From an uncultured Staphylococcaceae bacterium (GTDB lineage: Bacteria > Bacillota_I > Bacilli_A > RFN20 > CAG-826): a stretch of 57,001 bases of DNA. The notes under the pieces are model-generated. The model was not told the DNA's origin and did no database searches. It worked only from the letters and a program-made list of their open reading frames with translations. The stretch covers positions 1 to 57,001 of the forward strand of contig CAZJKC010000003.1 in NCBI GenBank assembly GCA_964546565.1. The letters run 5' to 3'. Below, piece after piece: positions 27,576-37,597 of this stretch (positions within the stretch are counted from its first letter, which is position 1; every line of letters begins with the position of its first letter). Made by a program: the position numbers and the translations under genes.

Positions 27576-29252
27576 ATGCCGATTGGAACTTTAAAAATGC
27601 CTGTTTCGATTTATGCTCTTGGTGGGCTAGGAGAAGTAGGTAAAAATACTTATTGTATTGAAAACGAAAAAACCTTAATAATTATTGACGCCGGTGTACG
27701 CTTTCCTGAAGAAGATTTACCTGGTGTTGATTATGTAATACCTGATTATACTCATTTACGTAATAATCGTGCCAAAATAAAAGCTTTATTTATTACACAT
27801 GGTCATGAAGACCATATTGGAGGAATACCTTTCTTAATTCAAAATGTTCATATTCCTGTAATTTATGCTCCCAAATTGGCAGCTGCTTTAATTCGTAATA
27901 AACTAGCTGAAAGTCGCATTAAAGAAAGCATTAAAATTGTTGAATATGACGAAGATGACGTTATCACTATTGATACCTTTACAGTCCAATTCTTCCGCGT
28001 TACCCACTCAATTCCCGATTCATTTGGTATTTGCGTGGACACTACCGAAGGACGTATTGTCACTACCGGCGATTTTAAAATCGACTTAACACCGGTAGGG
28101 CCAGATATTAATTTAAGTAAAATGGCGCGTTTAGGAGAAGAAGGAATCGATTTATTGTTAAGTGATTCCACTAACGCAGAGATTGAAGGATATACTCCTA
28201 GTGAACGAAATGTTATTAGTTCTATTAACGATGTCTTTGCCAACGCCAAAGGGCGTCTTATTATTTCGACATTTTCTAGTAATATCTCGCGTATTCAACA
28301 AATTGTCGAAGCCTGTGTTAAATACAAAAAGAAAATCGTTATTGTTGGGCGTTCAATGGAACATGCGGTAACCGCAGCTAGAAATTTTGGTTATATAAGA
28401 ATTCCAGACTCGTCACTTGTTAGTGTTGAAAATATTAAAACTATATCCGCTTCTGAAACCGTTATTTTATGTACCGGTTCACAAGGCGAGCCGATGGCGG
28501 CTTTATCACGAATTGCTAATGGAGAACATCGTAGCTTACGAATTATTCCTGGCGATACCATTGTTTTCTCCTCTTCACCAATTCCCGGTAATGATGCATC
28601 CATCAATAAAGTTATCAATATGCTAACGCGAGCCGGTGCGGATGTTTTAACCAATTCTGTTTTCTATTCACTACATTCATCAGGACACCCTGCTAAGCAA
28701 GAATTACGTTTTGCTTTAAAATTATTTAAGCCCCATTATTTCATGCCCGTACATGGTGAATATCGGATGCTTAAATTACATGCCGATATCGCTGTTTCTT
28801 TAGGAATGGAACGTGACCATACATTTATAATGGCCAATGGTGATACTCTTATTTTGAGAAATCACACAATTACAGAAGGGCATCGTGTGGAAGCTGATGA
28901 CGTCTATATCGATGGTAATGATATTAACGGATTAAGTACCGCTGTCATTCGCGATCGAAAGGTTTTAAGCGAGGATGGCATGGTCGCAGTTTTAATTACT
29001 CTCGATTCCCGAAACAATAAATTAGTTGTCCCACCTTGCATCTATACACGAGGATTTGTATATCTCCATAATACTAATCTTATCGAAAAAGCAACGGCCC
29101 GTATTCAAAAAGAATTAGATATTTTGATGCAAAACAAAGTGACCTTTGGTGAAATCAAATCAACGGTGAAAAGTAGTTTATCACGGTATTTATTTGTTAA
29201 AACACAACGCAATCCGATTATTATTCCCGTTATTATGAATATGGTGAATTAA
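27576..29252 (+). CDS. rnj: Ribonuclease J
   Basis: ALGGLGEVGKN, THGHEDHIG, TGDFK, GSQGEP, HSSGH, PVHGE. Confidence 0.97.
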   Translation: MPIGTLKMPVSIYALGGLGEVGKNTYCIENEKTLIIIDAGVRFPEEDLPGVDYVIPDYTHLRNNRAKIKALFITHGHEDHIGGIPFLIQNVHIPVIYAPKLAAALIRNKLAESRIKESIKIVEYDEDDVITIDTFTVQFFRVTHSIPDSFGICVDTTEGRIVTTGDFKIDLTPVGPDINLSKMARLGEEGIDLLLSDSTNAEIEGYTPSERNVISSINDVFANAKGRLIISTFSSNISRIQQIVEACVKYKKKIVIVGRSMEHAVTAARNFGYIRIPDSSLVSVENIKTISASETVILCTGSQGEPMAALSRIANGEHRSLRIIPGDTIVFSSSPIPGNDASINKVINMLTRAGADVLTNSVFYSLHSSGHPAKQELRFALKLFKPHYFMPVHGEYRMLKLHADIAVSLGMERDHTFIMANGDTLILRNHTITEGHRVEADDVYIDGNDINGLSTAVIRDRKVLSEDGMVAVLITLDSRNNKLVVPPCIYTRGFVYLHNTNLIEKATARIQKELDILMQNKVTFGEIKSTVKSSLSRYLFVKTQRNPIIIPVIMNMVN

Positions 29253-29253
29253 A

Positions 29254-29811
29254 ATGTTTATTCTTGCAAGTTCCTCCCCAAGACGTAAGGAATTATTAGA
29301 ATCATTAAAGATTGATTTTTCCATTATTAGTCCCGAAATTGATGAAAACATCGTTGTCGCCGAGCATGAATACTTACCTTTTGTTATTGCTAAGCTCAAA
29401 GCATACCATGTTTTATCAATATATGAAGACGCCATAGTCCTAGCCGCTGACACTATCGTATTATTAGATAATAAAGTTTTAGGTAAGCCTCATAATCGTC
29501 AAGAGGCTTATGAGATGCTAAAAGCTCTTTCGGGCCGTCATCATGATGTTATTACTGCTTATACATTAGTCTCTAATAAGATGGAAATCAATCGACAAGT
29601 AACCACCCATGTATACTTTAATACCCTTACTGAACAATTAATTGAAGACTACCTTAATTGTGGATCATACAAAGATAAGGCTGGAGGTTACGGTATTCAA
29701 GATCCTTATCCCCTTATTTCCCATATCGATGGAAGTTATAGTAATGTCATGGGGCTCCCTCTTGAAAAGCTTCAAAAAGATTTAAAAAAAATATTAAAAA
29801 AAGAAGAGTGA
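29254..29811 (+). CDS. maf: Maf family nucleoside triphosphate pyrophosphatase
   Basis: ILASSSPRR, ADTIV, LGKP, DKAGGYGIQ, NVMGLP. Confidence 0.95.
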   Translation: MFILASSSPRRKELLESLKIDFSIISPEIDENIVVAEHEYLPFVIAKLKAYHVLSIYEDAIVLAADTIVLLDNKVLGKPHNRQEAYEMLKALSGRHHDVITAYTLVSNKMEINRQVTTHVYFNTLTEQLIEDYLNCGSYKDKAGGYGIQDPYPLISHIDGSYSNVMGLPLEKLQKDLKKILKKEE

Positions 29812-29815
29812 AATA

Positions 29816-30016
29816 ATGAATGAAAAAGTATTAAAAAAGCAAATTATTTTTCTAACATTTGTCTATGTATTTATATCTATCAGTGTTTTATCACCATTTA
29901 TGACTGTCGAAGGGGCTAACAAAATTATTGGTTATATTCTCTTAGGCATTTTAACGATTGGTTATCTAGTATTATTGATTATAACCATCATCAAAAACAA
30001 AAAAACGAAGTTTTAA
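29816..30016 (+). CDS. Small two-TM membrane protein
   Basis: 66-aa ORF with two hydrophobic helices. Confidence 0.6.
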   Translation: MNEKVLKKQIIFLTFVYVFISISVLSPFMTVEGANKIIGYILLGILTIGYLVLLIITIIKNKKTKF

Positions 30017-30060
30017 CACCAAAAGTCTCCCCATACATATATTAAAATGGGGAGGCTTTT

Positions 30061-30375
30061 ATGTATTATCCTAATTATAACTATTATCGAAATAATATGC
30101 GTTTTGGTGGCCCATTAGTACCCTTTTTAGGTGGACTTTTAGTTGGAGGACTATTCTTACCACGACCCAATACCAATTATTATCCTTACCCTGCCTATAT
30201 GCCTAATGCATATCCTTCTAATATTGGTTATGCCCCATATATATCATCAGTTAATAATCCCTATTATATGCCACAACAACAAACGATTAATATGCAAGAA
30301 TCATCCTACTTAACATCAATACAAAAAGAAAATATGGATGTATATCCATATCAATATCAGCATATTCCTTATTAA
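30061..30375 (+). CDS. Tyr/Pro-rich protein, likely spore coat-associated
   Basis: RFGGPLVPFLGGLLVGG followed by YP-rich tract; strong RBS. Confidence 0.6.
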   Translation: MYYPNYNYYRNNMRFGGPLVPFLGGLLVGGLFLPRPNTNYYPYPAYMPNAYPSNIGYAPYISSVNNPYYMPQQQTINMQESSYLTSIQKENMDVYPYQYQHIPY

Positions 30376-30744
30376 TTAGTTTTTACATTGACTAATATAT
30401 TGAAAGATTTGTTCGGCTTCATTGGTAACAATAGTTATTTTATTTGACATTTTGATAAAACTTGAAGCGCCTAAAGTTTCAAGTTTTTTTTCATCAATGA
30501 GACTATAATCTTTTAAAACAAGAGAAAGCCGTGAACCTTTAAAAGAAGATTCTAAAATATTATCAAACCCTCCAATAGAAGAGATAAAATCATCAAATAA
30601 TTGTTTTATTTGTGCTTTTCCACCCTTCTTTTTATTATTTGATAAGAAAATAAAAAGAACGACTAGTAAAATAATGACACATAATATAACAGCAAACCAA
30701 ATACCATATGTTTTTAAAAAATCATTAAAACTTGTATATACCAT
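30376..30744 (-). CDS. Membrane-anchored PTS EIIB-like domain protein
   Basis: IGGFDNI....GSRLSLVLKD.SLIDEKKL; the catalytic Cys is not evident. Confidence 0.7.
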   Translation of the reverse strand: MVYTSFNDFLKTYGIWFAVILCVIILLVVLFIFLSNNKKKGGKAQIKQLFDDFISSIGGFDNILESSFKGSRLSLVLKDYSLIDEKKLETLGASSFIKMSNKITIVTNEAEQIFQYISQCKN

Positions 30745-30747
30745 AAA

Positions 30748-31536
30748 TTAATCTCCATTTCTAGCGATAAACGCTTTTCTTATACTTTTAATAAATTGTC
30801 TTTTTAACAAACGAATATTCTTCGAGGATGTTGTAATAATAATATCACTGATAGGACCATCAAAATGATACAAACAATGATCATAGCCAATAACTTCATT
30901 TAAAAAGGGCCCTTTAAATACTATTTTTCTATCAGCTTTTAAAACGATACTTTCTCTTATCGAACGATATGCAACATTTTCAATAGGAGCAATTTCCGTT
31001 AATTCTAATAAATTAATATGCGCGTCAATAAGTGCTCCCCCACAAGATTTATTATAAGCAGAACTTCCTAAAGTTGATGACACTAATAAACCATTGCCAC
31101 GAAATTCTTCAAGATAATCATCATCAACATATACATCACAAATCATCGTTTTAAAGGGATTTTCAATACGAATTTCATTGACAGCATATATTTCATTGAT
31201 AAGTTTTTCATGTGAAAATACTTGGGCTTTTAAAAGGGAATAGTTGTCGAATTCTAACCTTCCATTTTGATAATCACTAATAAAATCATCTATTTCCGAA
31301 ATACTATAATTACATAAAAAGCCAAGAGAGCCGCTATTGAAACCGATAAATGACACATGGTCATGATTTTGATATTGATGAACCGCTCTTAAAAAGGTCC
31401 CATCACCGCCTAGACAAAAGACATAATTAGGTTTTTTCTCATCATACAATAATCCGATATCTTCTAATCTTGATTTTAAAAGTTCAAAACACGTTAATGA
31501 TTTTTCATCATTCCGAGCAAAAATTGTAAAACGCAT
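30748..31536 (-). CDS. nadK: NAD kinase
   Basis: GGDGTFL, GSLGFL, AVNE, GSSAYNKSCGG. Confidence 0.95.
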   Translation of the reverse strand: MRFTIFARNDEKSLTCFELLKSRLEDIGLLYDEKKPNYVFCLGGDGTFLRAVHQYQNHDHVSFIGFNSGSLGFLCNYSISEIDDFISDYQNGRLEFDNYSLLKAQVFSHEKLINEIYAVNEIRIENPFKTMICDVYVDDDYLEEFRGNGLLVSSTLGSSAYNKSCGGALIDAHINLLELTEIAPIENVAYRSIRESIVLKADRKIVFKGPFLNEVIGYDHCLYHFDGPISDIIITTSSKNIRLLKRQFIKSIRKAFIARNGD

Positions 31537-31605
31537 GACATCAACCCCTTTTCGTGTTATCATATGTATTGTATCATATTCATGATGACAAAGGAGAAAA
31601 AAACG

Positions 31606-32181
31606 ATGTCAACAACAATTGAAATTGAATCTAAAGTTTTATTAAATAAAGATAATTTTGAAAAAATTATCGAAGTATTACATGGTGAACGTTACAAACG
31701 TTTTAAACAAACAAATCACTACATTGATTCAGATACTCAATCATTAAGACGCTTAGGATGCGCATTACGCATTCGTGAAAAAGATGATTTTGTTTTAACT
31801 TTAAAAACGCCATTAAGTGAAGGATTACTTGAAAAAAGTCAAACAATCACATGGAAAGAATATGAATTGCTAGCAAAAGATAACATCTTCCCTGAAGGAC
31901 CAATTAAAGTCTTTCTTGAAATACTTGGTGTAAAAGTTAATGAATTAAAAATTCTCACTTCATTAACTACTGAGCGTATTGAAATTCCTTATAAAGAAGG
32001 GACTATTTCCTTAGATCGTAATAGTTATAGCGGACTCATTGACTATGAAGTAGAAATGGAACACACCTCTATCAAACATGCTGAAGATTGTTTAATCGAA
32101 ATATGCAAATTAGCGGATGTTCCTTGTACATTTAATTCCGATAGTAAACAAGCACGGGCGATGAACGCTTTGAAAAAGTAA
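31606..32181 (+). CDS. CYTH domain protein (YjbK-like)
   Basis: EIESK, QTNHYID, ALRIR, LTLK, DYEVEME, SKQARA. Confidence 0.9.
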   Translation: MSTTIEIESKVLLNKDNFEKIIEVLHGERYKRFKQTNHYIDSDTQSLRRLGCALRIREKDDFVLTLKTPLSEGLLEKSQTITWKEYELLAKDNIFPEGPIKVFLEILGVKVNELKILTSLTTERIEIPYKEGTISLDRNSYSGLIDYEVEMEHTSIKHAEDCLIEICKLADVPCTFNSDSKQARAMNALKK

Positions 32182-32236
32182 TTGCAAAATAAGATGCAAA
32201 AAAGCATCTTTTTTTCTAATAACGGAGGATAATAAT

Positions 32237-33052
32237 ATGCAACCATTTTTAATCGCTTTAGATATGGATGGAACTTTACTTAATAAAGAAGGAAAAATAA
32301 GCGAAAAAACGAAAGAATATTTACAATATTTAGAAAAAGAAGGCCATAAAGTCGTCATTTCATCAGGTAGACCGATACGGGCTATTATAAAATATTATGA
32401 AGATTTAGGATTAACATCACCTATTGTTTGTTATAATGGAGCCTATATTGCCTCACCAAAAGACCATAATTTTATAGAAGAAGAATTTGTTTTTCCAAAA
32501 GAAGTTGTCAAGGAAATATATTCAGAAATTAACAACCAATATCTCGCTAATGTTATGTGCGAAACTAATCAAGATATTTGGCTTTTAAAAGAAGATGACG
32601 TGCTTTCAAAATTCTTTTGGCATGATGGTATGGATGTTCATTATGGTGATTTGTTTCAAACACTTAATGATGATCCTATGACGATGATTATTGAGACAAA
32701 TAGTAAAGAAGCTGATGAATTAATCATTAAAGCAGTCGCTAAACATCCCGGACTGAAAGTTCGTTTTTGGAATGGTTACTACTCTTTATTTAGTGAATTG
32801 TATTATGAACAAGTATCAAAGGCCGCAGGTTTATTATCTATTGCTAAATATTACCAAATTGACACCGACCATATTATCGCTATCGGAGATGCTTCTAATG
32901 ATATAGAAATGCTTTCAATTGCCAAATACGCTGTGGCAATGATTAATGGTGACGATAACATAAAAAAACACGCAAATAGGATAAGTAAATATGATAATAA
33001 TCATGATGGTGTCCTTCATGTTTTAAAAGAAATAATGGATGAGCAAGAATAA
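32237..33052 (+). CDS. Cof-type HAD hydrolase
   Basis: DMDGTLL, SGR, SKA, GDASND. Confidence 0.93.
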   Translation: MQPFLIALDMDGTLLNKEGKISEKTKEYLQYLEKEGHKVVISSGRPIRAIIKYYEDLGLTSPIVCYNGAYIASPKDHNFIEEEFVFPKEVVKEIYSEINNQYLANVMCETNQDIWLLKEDDVLSKFFWHDGMDVHYGDLFQTLNDDPMTMIIETNSKEADELIIKAVAKHPGLKVRFWNGYYSLFSELYYEQVSKAAGLLSIAKYYQIDTDHIIAIGDASNDIEMLSIAKYAVAMINGDDNIKKHANRISKYDNNHDGVLHVLKEIMDEQE

Positions 33053-33162
33053 AACCATTTTAATATGTTTTTACGGCACTTAGTTCTTAATTTAAACTAA
33101 GTGTTTTTTTGACAAAAAAAACGACATTATTATCAAAAATAACATCGTTGTTATAAGCAATC

Positions 33163-34863
33163 TTATAGATTTATTTTCTTTGAAAAATCTTCATAAAGTT
33201 CATGAATTAAACGTTCCGTAACTTGTTTATCAGGTGATACAGCATTAATATAGAACTTACATTTTGGTTCGGTACCACTAGGTCTAACCGCTATAGAACT
33301 ACCACCTTCTAAAATAAACTTAATGACGTTCGATTTCGGCAAGGTAATATCACATTGTTGACCATTTTCAAAAGCAACACTCTTTAAATAATCTTCAATA
33401 CGCACCACTTTATATCCGGCAATATCACTTAAAGGCATCGAGCGCATTTTATCCATTAATAAATTCATATCATGTAAGCCACTTTCACCTTTAAAGAATT
33501 TTGAGTGTTGGTCATCTTTATAATATTTACCAATACGTTTAAAAACTTGTTCTATGGCTTCATCTAAATGTAAACCTTTATTAGCGTAAAAAACGCCCAT
33601 TTCAGCCATCATTAACAAAGCTTGAAGGCCATCTTTATCACGAACAAATGGAGCAATTAAACATCCATAACTCTCTTCGTATCCAAATTCAAATGTCCCT
33701 AGGTTCTTTGTTTCACATTCATAAATACGATCGCCGATAAACTTAAATCCCGTTAGCAACGATTCAACTTTAATACCATAATATTCTGCGATTGCGGTTC
33801 CTAATGAGGATGTCACAATCGTATTAAACATGATTCCATCTTTAGAAAGTAAGCCTCGTTCTTGCTTTTGTGAAAAAATATAATCCATCACTAAGGCCCC
33901 AGATTCATTACCATTAAAGTATTCATATGTCCCTTTAGAAGATAAATAAGCCATACCCACACGATCGGCATCTGGATCAGTCATTAATATTAAATCAGCT
34001 TTTTCTTTTTTAGCAATTTCTAAAGCTTCAATATACGCTTTTTTTTCTTCTGGGTTAGGCGATAATGTATGCGAAAAATCAGGGTCAGGACTGCATTGAT
34101 CTATGACCGGAATAATACAATAACCAGCTTTTTCAAATATTTTCATCGCATTAACATAGCTTGTACCATGTTGCGGCGTATAAACAATTTTATAATTAGC
34201 TTTCGGTAAATCAGGATTTAATCTTATCGATAAAACATCATTGACATAATCATCATCTATCGAAGAAGGAAGAATGATTGTTTCACCTTTTTTTTGATCA
34301 TGGGGCACTTCTAATTCTAATTCATTAGGAAGCGTCGCTAATATTTCTAAAAGGCGATTAATCTTATAAGGAACTAATTGACATCCGTTTTCATCATATA
34401 CTTTATAACCATTATACTCTTTCGGATTATGGCTTGCGGTAATCACAATACCACCACAAGCTTTTAGTTTACGGACAGCATATGATAATTCCGGAGTTGG
34501 ACGAAGACTATCAAATAGATATGCCTTGATACCAAAGCAATTTAAAACTTCCGCTGTTTCTTCAGTGAATTCTCGTGAAAAATGACGATTGTCGTGAGCA
34601 ATGACAACTCCATCTGTTATAGCGTGAGGGTATTTTTCCAATAAATACATAGCAAACGCTATCGTGGCTTTTTGTACAGTAAAGATATTCATTCTATTAG
34701 TACCAGGTCCTAATATACCTCGCATCCCCGCGGTTCCAAATTCAATATTCTTAAAGAAGGCATCTTCGATATCTTCTTTTTCCATTTTTAATAATTGTTG
34801 TTTCATAATTTCTGGTACTCGTGAAGATGATAACCATCTTTGATACTCTGACATAATTTCCAT
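33163..34863 (-). CDS. Phosphoglucomutase/phosphomannomutase
   Basis: FGTAGMRG, TASHNP, DPDADR, EESYG, RPSGTEPK. Confidence 0.95.
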   Translation of the reverse strand: MEIMSEYQRWLSSSRVPEIMKQQLLKMEKEDIEDAFFKNIEFGTAGMRGILGPGTNRMNIFTVQKATIAFAMYLLEKYPHAITDGVVIAHDNRHFSREFTEETAEVLNCFGIKAYLFDSLRPTPELSYAVRKLKACGGIVITASHNPKEYNGYKVYDENGCQLVPYKINRLLEILATLPNELELEVPHDQKKGETIILPSSIDDDYVNDVLSIRLNPDLPKANYKIVYTPQHGTSYVNAMKIFEKAGYCIIPVIDQCSPDPDFSHTLSPNPEEKKAYIEALEIAKKEKADLILMTDPDADRVGMAYLSSKGTYEYFNGNESGALVMDYIFSQKQERGLLSKDGIMFNTIVTSSLGTAIAEYYGIKVESLLTGFKFIGDRIYECETKNLGTFEFGYEESYGCLIAPFVRDKDGLQALLMMAEMGVFYANKGLHLDEAIEQVFKRIGKYYKDDQHSKFFKGESGLHDMNLLMDKMRSMPLSDIAGYKVVRIEDYLKSVAFENGQQCDITLPKSNVIKFILEGGSSIAVRPSGTEPKCKFYINAVSPDKQVTERLIHELYEDFSKKINL

Positions 34864-34940
34864 ATACACTTCCCCCAAAAAACATACTTATTTTATCTTA
34901 TTTTTTTATTATTGAAAATAAGAATTTCATTGTTTTCATT

Positions 34941-35912
34941 CTATTTTTTTAACAAATTTAATATTTCTTGTTCTTTTTTGCCTAAATCAGCCTTAATACA
35001 TAATCCGGAAAGATATGAAAGATAACCTTCAATTTTTCCAAATTCTAAACTATAGGCATGTAAAAACTGATTCTCATAATGATATCTATCTTTAAATTGA
35101 CGATTGGCTTTAAAATCACCATATTTACCATCACCAGCTAAAGGATATCCAATAGAGGCCATATGAACTCTTATTTGATGAGTTCTCCCCGTCAATAATC
35201 GGACTTCCACTAAAGTATAATCTTGATAATAATCAAGCACATGGTATTCCGTCATAGCCGTTTTGGCACCTACTTCATTTTTCTTAGCAATTCTTACTAA
35301 GCCTTTAGTTTCATCTTTAATAAGAGGCTTATTAATTACACCATCATTAGATAAATGGCCAACTACCAAAGCTAAATACTTTTTTATAACGCAATCCTTA
35401 TTTTGAAATACTTCATATAAGGCCTGCAAAGTCATCATATTCTTTCCAAACACTACTATACCTGAAGTATTACGATCAAGACGATGAGCTAGTGCAGGAA
35501 TAAAGCCATGGTCCTCAAGCGGTGAGTATTCTCCTTTTTGCACCAAGTACGATAAAACTTGATTAGTTAAAGTAATTCTTTTTTCCTTTTCATCACCATG
35601 TACTAATAATCCGCTTGGTTTACAAACGATAAGAATATTATTATCTTCAAACAAAATGGGATATGAAAAAGTCAAATTAGGAATTACTTTTGTTTGCGAA
35701 TATTCATCAATTATAGCATCCGATAAATATATACGAAGAACATCATTTTCTTTTAAAATATAATCAATATTTACCCAATGACCATTAATCTTAATGTCTT
35801 TTTTTCGAAATGTTTTATAAATAAGACTAAGAGGTGCTTCCGCTAAATATTTACGAATATATTTATCAATTCTTTGACCTGCTTCCTTTTGACTAATAAT
35901 AATTTCTCGCAT
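34941..35912 (-). CDS. RluA family pseudouridine synthase
   Basis: S4-like N-terminus, HRLDRNTSG, TGRTHQIRVH. Confidence 0.95.
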   Translation of the reverse strand: MREIIISQKEAGQRIDKYIRKYLAEAPLSLIYKTFRKKDIKINGHWVNIDYILKENDVLRIYLSDAIIDEYSQTKVIPNLTFSYPILFEDNNILIVCKPSGLLVHGDEKEKRITLTNQVLSYLVQKGEYSPLEDHGFIPALAHRLDRNTSGIVVFGKNMMTLQALYEVFQNKDCVIKKYLALVVGHLSNDGVINKPLIKDETKGLVRIAKKNEVGAKTAMTEYHVLDYYQDYTLVEVRLLTGRTHQIRVHMASIGYPLAGDGKYGDFKANRQFKDRYHYENQFLHAYSLEFGKIEGYLSYLSGLCIKADLGKKEQEILNLLKK

Positions 35913-36087
35913 AAAGATTTCACCGTAGATGATTATATCATTATCACTGCACTAAATCTTACTTTATTATTAATATTTTATTAATTTAGGACGCTTTTTG
36001 GCATACAAACCGCTCAATTTTTTTTAATAGATTTTTCGATTTTTAGTGACAAGACCAAAATAAGTTGTTATAATCATTAATGCACAC

Positions 36088-36178
36088 GGAGAATTACCCA
36101 AGTGGTTGAAGGGGCGGGCTTGGAAAGCTCGTAGGCTTTTAATCGGGCGCGAGGGTTCAAATCCCTCATTCTCCGCCA
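36088..36178 (+). tRNA. tRNA-Ser(GGA)
   Basis: CGGGC-TT GGA AA-GCTCG anticodon arm, variable arm, GTTCAAATC, CCA. Confidence 0.96.
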
Positions 36179-36309
36179 TTTAGTCATAACAGAGTTAATA
36201 CGATAAAATTAACTCTTTTTTTATCAAAAAGTAATAAAATAAGCGTCAAAAATCTCCAGAATAGACAAAGAAGTTCGAATCTTAAATAATAAATCCAGGA
36301 GGTTCGAAC

Positions 36310-36603
36310 ATGGAATGTAATAAATATTTAGAAGAGTTCAAAATAGATCTTGTTAAACAATATCTAAATGGCAAAATGAAAAAAGAAATATGTGAAGAGT
36401 ATGGAGTAGCAAAATCTACACTGTGGGGCTGGATATGTAAGTATGCAGGATTAATAAAAGATAGTTGGGAAGTAAATGGCATTGAAGAAGTTAATGAAGA
36501 ATATGTAGATATTACTGCTCCACTAAAAAAAGAATATAAAGAAAGAAGTATGATAAAGACTAGCAATAAATTCAACTTCAAAATCATTTTCAGTATATTT
36601 TAA
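36310..36603 (+). pseudogene. Transposase HTH fragment (IS3 OrfA / IS66 TnpA-like)
   Basis: KY.EEFK...V..YLNG....EICEEYGVAKSTLWGWI.KY; no catalytic ORF follows. Confidence 0.75.
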
Positions 36604-36678
36604 GACAATGCATCCATGAGTTCCAACCTTTAAATCTTTGAAAGGCTTTATTAATTTTACACAATCTAATTCGTTCAT
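36523..36678 (-). pseudogene. Truncated DUF4926-like protein
   Basis: Read by hand: MNELDCVKLIKPFKDLKVGTHGCIVLKYTENDFEVEF behind AGGAGG RBS; runs into the IS fragment. Confidence 0.55.
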
Positions 36679-36954
36679 ATTATCCTCCTATTTTTCCTTC
36701 TTTCCTGGAGTTAAAGAAATAATTCTCCAAGTTGTTTTGCCATTATTTGTATTAACTATGAATTTAATTTGTATTAATTCATGGTGGTTATGTTTTTTTG
36801 CGTATTTTTTCAGGAATTTCGAGACATTTTGTTTAGAAAAGTCCGATAAATACGGGCTTTTTTTGAATTTCAAGGGCTAAAAGATAAGATAATGATAAAA
36901 TGAAAACGAAAAAAATAATTTTTTTTTCTTAATTCATTGTTTTTTGCTTGTGTT

Positions 36955-37584
36955 TTATAACTTTTTATACCCGCAATCACAATAATCGTCGCCGTTTGCA
37001 ATCGTTTTTTGTCGCACAAATTTCGTAGATCCGCCTGCCTTACTCATCGCATAATCCAAAGCACACATGGCTGGCGTTAGATCAAACAAGCCCAATTCTT
37101 TCATTAAAACGCATATTCCGCATTTGGTAAAACGACCTTCATATCCGCTACCATCGGGATAAGACAAGAAGTCCATATTCCACGAATAAGGGTTACGTTC
37201 GGCTGCCTGGAAATTAGCAGTCTTTTTCATACCTTCAATATCCTTCTTCGTAAATTTACGCTTACCGCTCATACGACAAAACCACTTCATCACGCGCGTC
37301 ATCATAGAATTTCGATAATAAATCGTCAGTTCTTCCACACTCGGACGCTTGGGCATACAAAGTACCACCGCGCACCCTATAGAGCAATTGACGATATTCA
37401 TTTTGAACCTGTCGCCCTTTTCGAATTCAGGGAGCTTCGCAATTATTTCTTTATACTTATTTTTCGCATTTTTTATAACCGATTTTGCTTGTGATTTATC
37501 TAAGTCAAAAACTGTCGTCAAATTTTTACGCAATGATTTTATGAACAACGCCCACATTAAAGAGGGCATTCCTATGTATTTCAT
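36955..37584 (-). CDS. L-2-amino-thiazoline-4-carboxylic acid hydrolase-like protein
   Basis: FTKCGIC...ELG....PAMCALDY...R..TIA.G.DYCD pattern. Confidence 0.75.
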   Translation of the reverse strand: MKYIGMPSLMWALFIKSLRKNLTTVFDLDKSQAKSVIKNAKNKYKEIIAKLPEFEKGDRFKMNIVNCSIGCAVVLCMPKRPSVEELTIYYRNSMMTRVMKWFCRMSGKRKFTKKDIEGMKKTANFQAAERNPYSWNMDFLSYPDGSGYEGRFTKCGICVLMKELGLFDLTPAMCALDYAMSKAGGSTKFVRQKTIANGDDYCDCGYKKL

Positions 37585-37597
37585 ACTTTACATCCAA

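Noticed and set aside
27863-28654. Several antisense and alternate-frame ORFs
   Set aside because: Shadows of rnj; likewise the short overlapping ORFs within proS, yitT, rsmD, maf and the GT genes
36638-36880. 80-aa plus-strand ORF
   Set aside because: Antisense to relic genes and the att-like scar; no RBS or recognisable motif
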